Part shown: one piece after another, positions 28,024 to 36,907 of the stretch
Layout: every line of letters begins with the position of its first letter
Numbering within the stretch: the first letter of the stretch is position 1
From: a bacterium
GTDB taxonomy: Bacteria > Patescibacteriota > Dojkabacteria > SC72
NCBI GenBank assembly: GCA_021108295.1
Contig: JAIORF010000005.1
Span: forward strand, 136,531-200,530
Reading direction: 5' to 3'
Length of the DNA: 64,000 nucleotides
The notes under the pieces: generated by a model
Told to the model about the DNA's origin: nothing
Seen by the model: the letters and a program-made list of their open reading frames with translations, nothing else
Database searches by the model: none
Position numbers and translations under genes: made by a program

Positions 28024-29310
28024 ATGGCAATGACAACGGATTTCATATCTGCAGTAAGCCAAATAGCAGCAGAAAGAGGATTGGACAAGGAGAAAATATT
28101 TGAAGCACTAGAAATAGCAATTTTGGCAGCTTACAAAAAGGAGAAATTTGGTTTGACAAGAGATGATGAAGGGAATGTAGTAGCAGACCATCTTTCAGTA
28201 GAAGTAGATAGAGAAGCTGGAGAGTTTAAACTTTTTGCAAATAAAGCAGTTGTAGAAAAGGTAGATGATGAAGAGATAGAGATAGCTCTTGTTGAAGCTG
28301 AACTAATTTCTCCAAATGTTGAAGTAGGTGATGTTGTACAGATAGAATTACCTGCTGAAGAATTGGGTAGAATCGCTGCACAGGCTGCAAAACAGGTCAT
28401 TCTTCAGAAAATGAGCGAATTTGAGAAAGATGCGGTATTAGCTGAATATAGTGATAAGGTTGGAGAGGTATTTTCTGCTTTAATGCAGAGAATGCAGAGA
28501 GGTCAAGTAATATTTGAGATAGGTAAAGCTACTGCAGTAATGCCACAAGAAGAGCAACTTAGTAACGAATATTACAAAATAGGAGAAAGATATAAAGTGC
28601 TTCTTAAGAGTATTGAAGATGGAGAAGTTTTGGTATCTAGAGCGGACCCAGACTTTTTGGTGGAACTCTTTAAACTTGAAGTCCCAGAGATTGAATCTGG
28701 TATTGTAGAGATTAAGGCTGTTGCAAGAGAAGCAGGTACTAGAAGTAAGATAGCAGTCGTATCTCATCAAGAAGGTGTTGACCCAATTGGATCATGTGTA
28801 GGACAGAGAGGTATTCGTATTGCAAACATTATGAATGAAGTTGGTGAAGAAAAAATCGACATTATCGAATGGAATGAAGATATATCTACATTCGTTGCAA
28901 ATGCATTGAGTCCAGCCAAGGTTAATGATGTAAGTATTGATGATGAAACTGCAACTGTCACAGTTGATGCTGATCAACTCTCTTTGGCAATTGGTAAAGA
29001 AGGACAGAATGTAAGACTTGCTTGGAAATTAACCGAAATGAAGATAGATATTGAAGGTCCAGAGGGAGAAGAGTTGGTAGAAGAAACAGATGAAGAAACC
29101 AAAACAGAGGAGTCACCCGAAGAAGTCGAAAAAGAAGTTGAAGAAGTAGAGAAAAAGGATTCAGTAGAAGAAAAGGAAGAAACTACAGAAGAGGAAAAAG
29201 AGCCAGTAGAAGAGAAGGTAGAAACCACAGAAGAGGTAGAAGAACCAGTAGAAGAGAAGGAAGAAACTGCAGAAGAGGAAAAAGAGGAAGTAGAAAGTAA
29301 GAAAGAGTAA
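28024..29310 (+). CDS. nusA: Transcription termination/antitermination factor NusA with a long acidic Glu-rich repetitive C-terminal tail
   Basis: 'FISAVSQIAAERGLDKEKIFEALE', S1 and KH regions 'GSCVGQRGIRIANIMNEVGEEKIDII.W'. The start at 27958 in the ORF track is rejected because the dnaJ terminator hairpin lies inside it. ATG at 28024 (MAMTTDF). Confidence 0.8.
   Translation: MAMTTDFISAVSQIAAERGLDKEKIFEALEIAILAAYKKEKFGLTRDDEGNVVADHLSVEVDREAGEFKLFANKAVVEKVDDEEIEIALVEAELISPNVEVGDVVQIELPAEELGRIAAQAAKQVILQKMSEFEKDAVLAEYSDKVGEVFSALMQRMQRGQVIFEIGKATAVMPQEEQLSNEYYKIGERYKVLLKSIEDGEVLVSRADPDFLVELFKLEVPEIESGIVEIKAVAREAGTRSKIAVVSHQEGVDPIGSCVGQRGIRIANIMNEVGEEKIDIIEWNEDISTFVANALSPAKVNDVSIDDETATVTVDADQLSLAIGKEGQNVRLAWKLTEMKIDIEGPEGEELVEETDEETKTEESPEEVEKEVEEVEKKDSVEEKEETTEEEKEPVEEKVETTEEVEEPVEEKEETAEEEKEEVESKKE
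29040..29310 (+). repeat. Glu-rich low-complexity repeats forming the NusA acidic tail
   Basis: Repeated 'ccagtagaagagaagg...gaagaaac.acagaagagg' units encoding EEKEETTEEEKEPVEEKVETTEEVEEPVEEKEET. Confidence 0.6.
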
Positions 29311-29327
29311 TTTTAAAGAATCTTGCT

Positions 29328-30935
29328 ATGGGTAAAACAAAAAAGAAAAGTACAAAAAAAGATAAGCGAGTACCAATAGTGGCAATACTAGGTCATGTAG
29401 ACCATGGTAAAACTACAATATTAGACAAGATTAGAGAAGCCAATGTACAGGAATGTGAAGCAGGTGGTATTACTCAAAAGATATCTGTATTTACAGTAAC
29501 TCCCGATTGCAAGAAAGATGAAAGAATTACCTTTGTAGATACTCCAGGTCATGAAGCTTTCGATTTAATGAGGCTACGAGGTGGAAGTATTGCAGATATA
29601 GTCTTACTAATTGTAGCTGCAAATGATGGTATAAAACCTCAAACAAAAGAATCGATTGAAATTATTAAAAACTCCACAACCAAACCAATCGTTGTTATCA
29701 ACAAATGTGATTTACCAGGTATTGATATTGAAAAAATCAAAAGAGATCTAGCAACCGAAGGTATTGCAGTAGAAGGAATGGGTGGTGATATCCCAGTAGT
29801 AGAAGTTTCAGGTAAAACAGGAAAAGGAATCCCAGATTTATTGGATATGATTAATTTGGTAATAGAAGTAGAAGGGTTGCAAAAAAGAGGGAAGTTAATA
29901 GACAAAGTATTGGCAAAAGGGTTTGTACTTGAATCAATAAAAGAGAAATCCAGAGGAAATGTATCAACAGTGGTTGTTACTCAAGGCTCTATCAAAAAAG
30001 GAAACTTCATAGGCTATGAATTTAATAGAGAGATTGTAATAGAAAAAGTCAAAGGCCTCATTTCCGAAGAAGGAGAGAACATAGAGGAATTTGAAACAGG
30101 ATGTGGTGGAAAGATAATAGGTCTTTCAAATATCTTACCACTTGGTTCTGAAATCTACATATTAGAGGAAAATAACAAGAAAATATTACACTGTATTCAA
30201 AGTGATGAAGAATCATGTGAAGCCATTGTCGAAGAAGAAGAGATTGTCGAAGCAAAACCTCTTGAAGAAGGAGAAGAACCAGAGATATCTTTTGAAGACT
30301 TCTTCCAGATGGATAGTAGTGAACCAGAAGAAGAAGTAAAAACGCTTGCTGTGATGATTAAGAGTGGTTCAGAAGGATCCCTTGAAGCATTACAAAAATC
30401 ACTAGCAAAGATTAAGATTGAAGGAGCAGAAATTAATATCATAGACCAAGGAATTGGAGATGTAACTATCAAAGATATTGAAAAAGCACATGTGACTAAA
30501 GCCATCATACTAGGCTTTGAAGTAGAAATGGAACGAAATGCAAAAGAGTTAGCAAAGAAATACAAAGTCTTAGTAAGATCATACGACATAATCTATAAAC
30601 TCACAGATGAGATTACAGAAGCACTAAACCTGCTCTCTATGCCAGAAGAAACAGAAGAAGAGATAGGGAAAGCTGTCATTAAAGCAATCTTTACCCTATC
30701 CAACGGCCAAATAGTACTAGGAAATAGGGTTACGGAAGGTATGCTTAAGAAAAGTTGTAAATGCTACATAGTCAGAGACGATGAAATCCTTGCTGAAGGA
30801 AGGATTAAATCATTAAAGATTAATAAAAATGACCTTACACAAGTAGACAAAGGTACAGACTGTGGTGTCATCTTGGATGTATCCGTCGATGCACAAGAAG
30901 GTGATGAAATATATTGTTACAAAGTAGTGAAATAA
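29328..30935 (+). CDS. infB: Translation initiation factor IF-2, short form (535 aa; G domain to C terminus, no long N-terminal region)
   Basis: '[23 protein letters not shown]', 'GGITQ.I', 'FVDTPGHEAF..MR.RG', 'NKCD'. Confidence 0.85.
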   Translation: MGKTKKKSTKKDKRVPIVAILGHVDHGKTTILDKIREANVQECEAGGITQKISVFTVTPDCKKDERITFVDTPGHEAFDLMRLRGGSIADIVLLIVAANDGIKPQTKESIEIIKNSTTKPIVVINKCDLPGIDIEKIKRDLATEGIAVEGMGGDIPVVEVSGKTGKGIPDLLDMINLVIEVEGLQKRGKLIDKVLAKGFVLESIKEKSRGNVSTVVVTQGSIKKGNFIGYEFNREIVIEKVKGLISEEGENIEEFETGCGGKIIGLSNILPLGSEIYILEENNKKILHCIQSDEESCEAIVEEEEIVEAKPLEEGEEPEISFEDFFQMDSSEPEEEVKTLAVMIKSGSEGSLEALQKSLAKIKIEGAEINIIDQGIGDVTIKDIEKAHVTKAIILGFEVEMERNAKELAKKYKVLVRSYDIIYKLTDEITEALNLLSMPEETEEEIGKAVIKAIFTLSNGQIVLGNRVTEGMLKKSCKCYIVRDDEILAEGRIKSLKINKNDLTQVDKGTDCGVILDVSVDAQEGDEIYCYKVVK

Positions 30936-30947
30936 CAACGATTTTTG

Positions 30948-30976
30948 TTGACAGAAACCCTATAATAAAGTACAAT
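30948..30976 (+). promoter_or_regulatory. Sigma-70-like promoter for rpsO: ttgaca, 17 nt, tacaat
   Basis: -35 'ttgaca' at 30948-30953. 17-nt spacer. -10 'tacaat' at 30971-30976. A 'caatgg-ttttt-gccattg' hairpin follows in the leader. Confidence 0.5.
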
Positions 30977-31042
30977 GTCTAGTCTCTTTACAATGGTTTT
31001 TGCCATTGTAATTTGTTTAATATCATGTTACTCTAAATAACT

Positions 31043-31306
31043 ATGTCGCTTACAACATCTAGCAAGCAAAAAATAATAAAAGATTTCGGACTTCACAAAG
31101 GAGACACAGGGTCCCCAGAGGTTCAAGTTGCAATTCTCACAACAGAGATTACAAAGCTTTCGGAGCACTTAAAAGACCATAAAAAAGATAACCACTCTAG
31201 AAGGGGTTTGCTCCAAAAGGTTGGTAAAAGAAGAAGACTTCTTCAATACCTCGAAACAAACGAACCGGATAGATTCAAGACTTTCACAAAGAAGCTAAAG
31301 ATTTAA
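31043..31306 (+). CDS. rpsO: 30S ribosomal protein S15
   Basis: '[45 protein letters not shown]'. Confidence 0.9.
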   Translation: MSLTTSSKQKIIKDFGLHKGDTGSPEVQVAILTTEITKLSEHLKDHKKDNHSRRGLLQKVGKRRRLLQYLETNEPDRFKTFTKKLKI

Positions 31307-31399
31307 CTTTCTTTTTCTCCTCTTTCTTGATATAACTTTCACAGAACATAGCTTTTAAGTAAGCTACAATTTTGGTATATAAATTTTATATTTTTATTT

Positions 31400-33469
31400 A
31401 TGCTTTTTAACGAAAAGTTATACGAGTTCGAGATTGATGGTAGAAAATGTAGTTTTTCTACTGGTAAACTAGCCTTAAAATCACAAAACTCCATATTTGC
31501 TAAAATGGGTGAAACTACAATTACAGTAAATGTAAACAGTAACCCATCTAGTGGAGATATGGACTATTTCCCCCTATCTGTAGAATATATTGAAAGATAC
31601 TACGCTGCAGGCAAAATCAGTGGCTCTAGATTTGTAAAAAGAGAAAGATTCCCATCTGATGAAGCTGTTCTTAAATCAAGAATGATAGATAGATCCCTTA
31701 GATCTAGATTCGCTTCCGACTATATGGACGAAGTAAATATCATAATCACCGTTATGTCATATGATGAAGAGAACGACCCTCTACTTCTCGCTATTAACGC
31801 AGCATCAGCAGCACTGGTGATGTCAAATATCCCATTTGAAGGTCCAGTAGCAGGTATAAATGTTGGTCTTGAAGGATCAGTATACAAAAGTATGGCTACA
31901 GTATCTGACGAAAACCCTATGAACTACATCGTATCAGGAGATGGTGAAGTCTTCACAATGATAGACGGAGCTTGTAATGATATCGCAGATGATACAGTAG
32001 TAGAATCTATGAGAAGAGGTCTAGAAGATATGAAGCCATGGCTAGATGCACAAAACAAGTTTGTAGAATTAGCTGGAGGACCAAAAGAGAAAATATACAC
32101 TCCTAAAGTACTTCCAGAGGGTCTTTTAGAATCTCTAGAAAAGTTTTTGGGTGAAAAAGTAGAAAAAAACCTTAAGGATGCTAAAAAAAGCCAACATCAA
32201 GAAACTATGAAAGAGGTCTTTGCTGAATTTGAAGGTAAGTTCTCTAAGAAAGATCTTTCTGAAGCATATGACAAATTGCAGAAGAAGGGACTACGAAGAA
32301 TTGTAAAAGAAGAGAAGGTAAGGGTAGATGGTAGAGCACTAGATGAGATAAGGGAGATGGATACTCAAGTAGATTTACTTCCTAAAGTACATGGTACAGG
32401 ACTTTTCACAAGAGGACTTACACAAGTTCTTTCAGTAGCTACGCTTGGCCCATTGGATGATGCTCAATTAGTAGATGACATGCTTGGAAACAAGGAGAAG
32501 AACTACATGCATTTCTACAATGACTTACCATATGTATATGGTGAGGCAGGTAGAATTAGACTCATACCAAGTAGAAGAGGTGTTGGTCATGGAATGTTAG
32601 CTGAGAAATCACTAATTCCTGTATTACCTACTAAAGAAGAGTTCCCATACACCATAATTATCGTATCTGAAGTTCAAGGTGAGAATGGTTCAAGCTCTAT
32701 GGCCTCTGCATGTGGATCTAGTCTAGCCTTAATGGCAGCTGGTGTTCCGATAAAGAAAACTGTAGGTGGTATTGCTTGTGGTCTTGTATTAGGAGATGAT
32801 GAATCTCTCAATATCCTTACAGATATGCAAGGAGTAGAAGACTTCTATGGTGATATGGACTTCAAGGTAATAGGTACAAGGGATGGTGTTACTGCTGTAC
32901 AAATGGATAACAAACTAGGTGGTCTTAATATGAAGATTGTAGAAGAGGCCTTTAAGAAGTGTAAAGAGGGTAGGCTTCAAGTTATCGATAAGATAGAGGA
33001 AGCAATCTCAGAGCCTAGAGCAGAGGTCTCAAATACTGCACCACAGGTTACAAGTACAAAGATCCCTGTAGATAGAATTGGTGAGTTAATTGGTCCAGGA
33101 GGAAAGAATATCAAGGAATTAACAGAGAAGAGTGGAGCAGAGATTAGTATTGAGGATGATGGTACAGTAAATATCTATGCGGATAATAAGGAGAAGTTGG
33201 ATATTGCTATGGAGAATATCTCTAGGTACAACTTTATACCCAAAGAGGGAGAAATCTATGAGGGTAGGGTTGCTTCAGTAATGCCATATGGTGCATTTGT
33301 AGATATTAATCCTGGTACTTCTGGTTTAGTACATGTTTCAGAAATGGCAGATGATTTTGTAAAGGATGTAAACAGTGTTGTAAAGGAAGGGGATATGGTA
33401 AAGGTAAAGTTAGTAGAGATAGCTAGGGATGGTAAGATAAAGCTTAGTATGAAACAGGCTAAGGAGTAA
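31400..33469 (+). CDS. pnp: Polynucleotide phosphorylase (two RNase PH domains, KH, S1)
   Basis: 'GRKCSFSTGKLA..S...F', 'FPLSV.Y.E...A.GKI', 'GLFTRG.TQVL', KH 'IGELIGPGGKNIKEL', S1 'GEIYEGRVASVMPYGAFVDI'. Confidence 0.9.
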   Translation: MLFNEKLYEFEIDGRKCSFSTGKLALKSQNSIFAKMGETTITVNVNSNPSSGDMDYFPLSVEYIERYYAAGKISGSRFVKRERFPSDEAVLKSRMIDRSLRSRFASDYMDEVNIIITVMSYDEENDPLLLAINAASAALVMSNIPFEGPVAGINVGLEGSVYKSMATVSDENPMNYIVSGDGEVFTMIDGACNDIADDTVVESMRRGLEDMKPWLDAQNKFVELAGGPKEKIYTPKVLPEGLLESLEKFLGEKVEKNLKDAKKSQHQETMKEVFAEFEGKFSKKDLSEAYDKLQKKGLRRIVKEEKVRVDGRALDEIREMDTQVDLLPKVHGTGLFTRGLTQVLSVATLGPLDDAQLVDDMLGNKEKNYMHFYNDLPYVYGEAGRIRLIPSRRGVGHGMLAEKSLIPVLPTKEEFPYTIIIVSEVQGENGSSSMASACGSSLALMAAGVPIKKTVGGIACGLVLGDDESLNILTDMQGVEDFYGDMDFKVIGTRDGVTAVQMDNKLGGLNMKIVEEAFKKCKEGRLQVIDKIEEAISEPRAEVSNTAPQVTSTKIPVDRIGELIGPGGKNIKELTEKSGAEISIEDDGTVNIYADNKEKLDIAMENISRYNFIPKEGEIYEGRVASVMPYGAFVDINPGTSGLVHVSEMADDFVKDVNSVVKEGDMVKVKLVEIARDGKIKLSMKQAKE

Positions 33470-33495
33470 TACTCTTATAGAGTAGTAAGATAGAA

Positions 33496-33530
33496 AGAAC
33501 CTCATACATGTGGGGTTCTTTTCCTTTTGG
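33496..33530 (+). terminator. Probable intrinsic terminator after pnp
   Basis: 'agaacc'-loop-'ggttct' followed by 'tttccttttgg'. Confidence 0.4.
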
Positions 33531-33771
33531 AGGGGAATTTGGTAGGATGGGGGAGGATTTGTATGGTAACGAGTTGTCCGACATGCGTTTTTTAATCTTT
33601 TTTAAGAATAAAGAATTTCTTGAGTCACTTTTTAAAAAGGAAGCAAAACAAAATTTATCTTAATTTTTATAAGGGGAAATAAGAAGTTTTAAATTTTGGG
33701 TATTCACTTCTTATAATTCTGTCCTTCGTACAATCATTAGATTTATATAATTTAGATTTCTTTCAACTATT

Positions 33772-34227
33772 ATGGCTTTAAATAATTGGTCAAAACTTAA
33801 TCGTTTCCAGTTAGGTAAATATGGAGAATATTTTGCCAAAATGGAATTTACTAAAGCGGGTTTTGATGTTTACACTGCCGAAGTAGATGATAAAGGAATA
33901 GATTTTGTTGTAAGAAAAAATAAATTAGAATATTTTGATATTCAAGTCAAATCTGTCCGTAATAACAATTATATATTTATAAGAAAAAAAGTGTTTATAC
34001 CAAGAAGAAATCTATTCCTTGTATTAATATTGTTTGAAGAAAACAAAGAACCTACCTTGCTTTTGGTTCCATCTTTAAATTGGCAAAATAAAGCTCATTC
34101 TTTTTTAGTTGAAAGAAATTATGAAGGCAAAAAAAGCAAACCAGAATGGGGAATAAGTGTCACTAAATCTAATATAGAAGAAATTAAATCTATTTATGCT
34201 TTTGATCAACAAATCACTTTTTTATAA
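33772..34227 (+). CDS. Hjc/YraN-like PD-(D/E)xK nuclease-fold protein (151 aa)
   Basis: 'GKYGEYFAKMEFTKAGFDVY....DDKGIDFVV......YFDIQVKS' follows the Hjc pattern, with E, D and a (D/Q)-x-K in place of E-x-K. Confidence 0.4.
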   Translation: MALNNWSKLNRFQLGKYGEYFAKMEFTKAGFDVYTAEVDDKGIDFVVRKNKLEYFDIQVKSVRNNNYIFIRKKVFIPRRNLFLVLILFEENKEPTLLLVPSLNWQNKAHSFLVERNYEGKKSKPEWGISVTKSNIEEIKSIYAFDQQITFL

Positions 34228-34236
34228 AGTCTCTCT

Positions 34237-34596
34237 ATGTACAAAAACAACCTTTCAAAAAACAAAGAAGTTAAAAAATTCCTTGAGGATATAAGAATGT
34301 ATGACGATGAGAAATTTAACATCATACAAGAACTACGTAAGATTGTATTTACAAACTATAAAGAAGCAAACGAGAGAATGATGTACGGAGGTATTATGTT
34401 CTCCCTAGAAGACGACTTCGGAGGTATCTTTGTAAGAAAGGAACATATCTCTTTTGAATTTACCAACGGTTTTACAATGGAAGATAAGGAAAAGATATTA
34501 GAAGGTACTGGTAAGTTTCGTCGTCACTTAAAGATTAAATCTCTATCAGATATTAAAGATAAAAGAGTAAACTTCTTTGTTAAACAAGCTGTGTAA
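34237..34596 (+). CDS. DUF1801 (YdhG-like) domain protein (119 aa)
   Basis: 'EVKKFLEDI......I.ELRKIV...Y.EA.ERMMYGGIMFSL...FGGIFVRKEHISFEF.NG.......L.G.GKFRRHLKIKSLSDI' matches the DUF1801 consensus. Confidence 0.5.
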   Translation: MYKNNLSKNKEVKKFLEDIRMYDDEKFNIIQELRKIVFTNYKEANERMMYGGIMFSLEDDFGGIFVRKEHISFEFTNGFTMEDKEKILEGTGKFRRHLKIKSLSDIKDKRVNFFVKQAV

Positions 34597-34609
34597 GAAA
34601 TCCAAACCT

Positions 34610-35653
34610 CTACCCCTTCCCAATCTTAACAACATAAAAACCCATCATCTCTGGAGATGGTACAGTCCTTAAACTCTTACTTAAAGAATGATGATACTCC
34701 TTACCACTCCACTTAGTAATACCAGGCCTAATACTCTTTGTTAATAAAACATCCAAACCATCTACAAAATCTATACTCTCTACCCTCGCATTCTTAAAAG
34801 TCTTCAAAAGATGTGTAACCACACCCTCATTCTCATCAGGCTCTAAAGTACAAGTAGAATACACCAATGTACCACCAGGCTTAAGAGCCCTAAACGCTGA
34901 ATCAAGCAACTCCCTCTGAACACTAACTAAAGACTTAACCCTCTTAATACTCCAAAACCTTAAAGGCTTTGAACTAGCTAAATAAACACGACCCTCCCCA
35001 CTACAAGGAGCATCAAGAAGAACCCTATCGTAATGATCAGGAGTCACCCTACCAATTAAAATACCATCCTCATTAGTAACCCTTACATTCTTACTACCAA
35101 ACTGATGTAACACATTATTTAACTTACCAATCCTAGGAAGATTAGAATCATTAGCAGTAATACTCGCCTTATTATCAGTCATCGCAGAAATCAAAGTAGT
35201 CTTACTACCAGGAGCAGCACACATATCCAAAATCTTCTCTCCCTCCTGTGGATCTAGAATGTAAACAGAAAGAATACTTGCTAAATCTTGAATATAGAAA
35301 TCACCATTCAAATACTCTTCGGTTTTAGAAACTACAGACTTATCAGCATTATTAATAAAATAGGTATCCTTAAAACCATTAATCTTCTGCAGTTCCCATC
35401 CCTTAGTCTGTGTAAGAAACCTAAAAGTCTTTCTAGGATCAGCTATTAGATGATTCAACCTGATGGTAGTCCTAGAACGTTTATAGAAAAGATGCTTAAT
35501 CTCTCCCTTAGGCAATTGTAATATACTAGCCATTCTGGATATAAAGATATCTTCTTTGGAATAAAACTTCCTATCAAAAGTCTGAGTCCTAGACTTCTTG
35601 TAATTCTTTCTATGTGTTTTTTTAGGACCCTTTCTTCTTCTTCTGTTCTTCAT
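34610..35653 (-). CDS. rsmB: RsmB/RsmF (Sun/NOP2) family rRNA cytosine-C5 methyltransferase with a basic N-terminal tail
   Basis: 'DMCAAPGSKTT' SAM motif I, 'DRVLLDAPCSGEG' motif IV, 'PGGTLVYSTCTL.P.ENE' motif VI. The start overlaps the rsmE stop (TAATG). Confidence 0.75.
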   Translation of the reverse strand: MKNRRRRKGPKKTHRKNYKKSRTQTFDRKFYSKEDIFISRMASILQLPKGEIKHLFYKRSRTTIRLNHLIADPRKTFRFLTQTKGWELQKINGFKDTYFINNADKSVVSKTEEYLNGDFYIQDLASILSVYILDPQEGEKILDMCAAPGSKTTLISAMTDNKASITANDSNLPRIGKLNNVLHQFGSKNVRVTNEDGILIGRVTPDHYDRVLLDAPCSGEGRVYLASSKPLRFWSIKRVKSLVSVQRELLDSAFRALKPGGTLVYSTCTLEPDENEGVVTHLLKTFKNARVESIDFVDGLDVLLTKSIRPGITKWSGKEYHHSLSKSLRTVPSPEMMGFYVVKIGKG

Positions 35654-36381
35654 TATATCTCTCCCTTCAAATACTTAATTATACTACCAATTACCAACCC
35701 TACAGTTTCTGTTCTTAATATATTCCCCTTAAGCTTGATGAAATCAAAATCTAATCTCTTAAATACTTCAATATCAGTAGAAGACCATCCCTTCTCAGGA
35801 CCAACGGCAATGACAATGTCCTTTTTAACATCTACACCTTGTAGATATTCACTTAGGTATATAGGTTCTACATTCTCAGTAGCTAGACAGATCTTTATAC
35901 TGTTTTTTATATCTTCTAGCTCAGATATCATAATGGGATTCTCCAATATTGTAGGCGTAGTATTTCTAGACTGCTCTGTAGCATCTTCGACTATCTTCTT
36001 CCAAAGACCAAGAGTCTTAAGTGCTTTCCTTTTCTTTTTGAGTGAATATTGACTTTCTACTGGTATGATTCTCCCTATCCCTATCTCTACACACTTCTCC
36101 AAGAAGTAATTAAACTTAGAGTCATTGGAGAGCGCCTGTATTATCGTTATACTAGGAAGTTTCTTTACCGTTCTATCTCCCCTTTCTTCTACCATCTCTA
36201 TTTCCACACTCCCTTTCTCGATGTATGTGATTTGTGCAATGAATATCTTGTCGTATGTTTCTATCTCTACAAGGTCTTGCTCCTTCAATTTTTGTTGGGA
36301 GATAAGCATCTCACTATCGCTATCGGATAGGTGAGTAATGTCTCCAATTTTTAATTTATGTGGTATGTAATATGTTTGCAT
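35653..36381 (-). CDS. rsmE: 16S rRNA (uracil1498-N3)-methyltransferase RsmE
   Basis: 'VGPEKGWSSTDI', 'NILRTETVGLV'. 242 aa. Confidence 0.75.
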   Translation of the reverse strand: MQTYYIPHKLKIGDITHLSDSDSEMLISQQKLKEQDLVEIETYDKIFIAQITYIEKGSVEIEMVEERGDRTVKKLPSITIIQALSNDSKFNYFLEKCVEIGIGRIIPVESQYSLKKKRKALKTLGLWKKIVEDATEQSRNTTPTILENPIMISELEDIKNSIKICLATENVEPIYLSEYLQGVDVKKDIVIAVGPEKGWSSTDIEVFKRLDFDFIKLKGNILRTETVGLVIGSIIKYLKGEI

Positions 36382-36503
36382 ACATGGATTATATCATTTT
36401 TGTTGGTATATTAACTATTTATTGTATATAACTCATACACAATGTGGTAATAACTAGGGATATCTGATATCCTAAAGTATAGATTAATTAAGATACTAAA
36501 CAC

Positions 36504-36818
36504 ATGTTTGAAACAATACCATCAATATATTGGATGATCCTTATAGGAGTACCTGCAGGATTCTTTACATTCATACTCTACCAATTAGGTATGGTTACTA
36601 AGGATATGAGAGGGGTAGTACAAAATAGTACTAAGATATTGGAAGAATCAAACAAGACATTGATTAAAACAAATGTAATATTAGATGATGTCCAAGCAAT
36701 TGTAAGTACTACTAAAGGGACTGTAGAAGAAGTAAATCAGGCAGTTATAGTACCTGTTAGACAAATATCAGGACTATTATCCAAACTCACGGCATTTCTC
36801 TCTGGAATAAAGAAATAA
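36504..36818 (+). CDS. Small membrane protein (104 aa; N-terminal TM pair, coiled-coil C-terminus, DUF948-like)
   Basis: 'IYWMILIGVPAGFFTFILYQLGMV'. First gene of a seven-gene same-strand cluster. Confidence 0.4.
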   Translation: MFETIPSIYWMILIGVPAGFFTFILYQLGMVTKDMRGVVQNSTKILEESNKTLIKTNVILDDVQAIVSTTKGTVEEVNQAVIVPVRQISGLLSKLTAFLSGIKK

Positions 36819-36907
36819 TAGTTGTTTTTTATGAACATAAAGAGGAACAGATGTATCTAAGGAGTTTTCCCATTGTCTAATAGAAATAATAAATGTAATA
36901 TAGAGTC

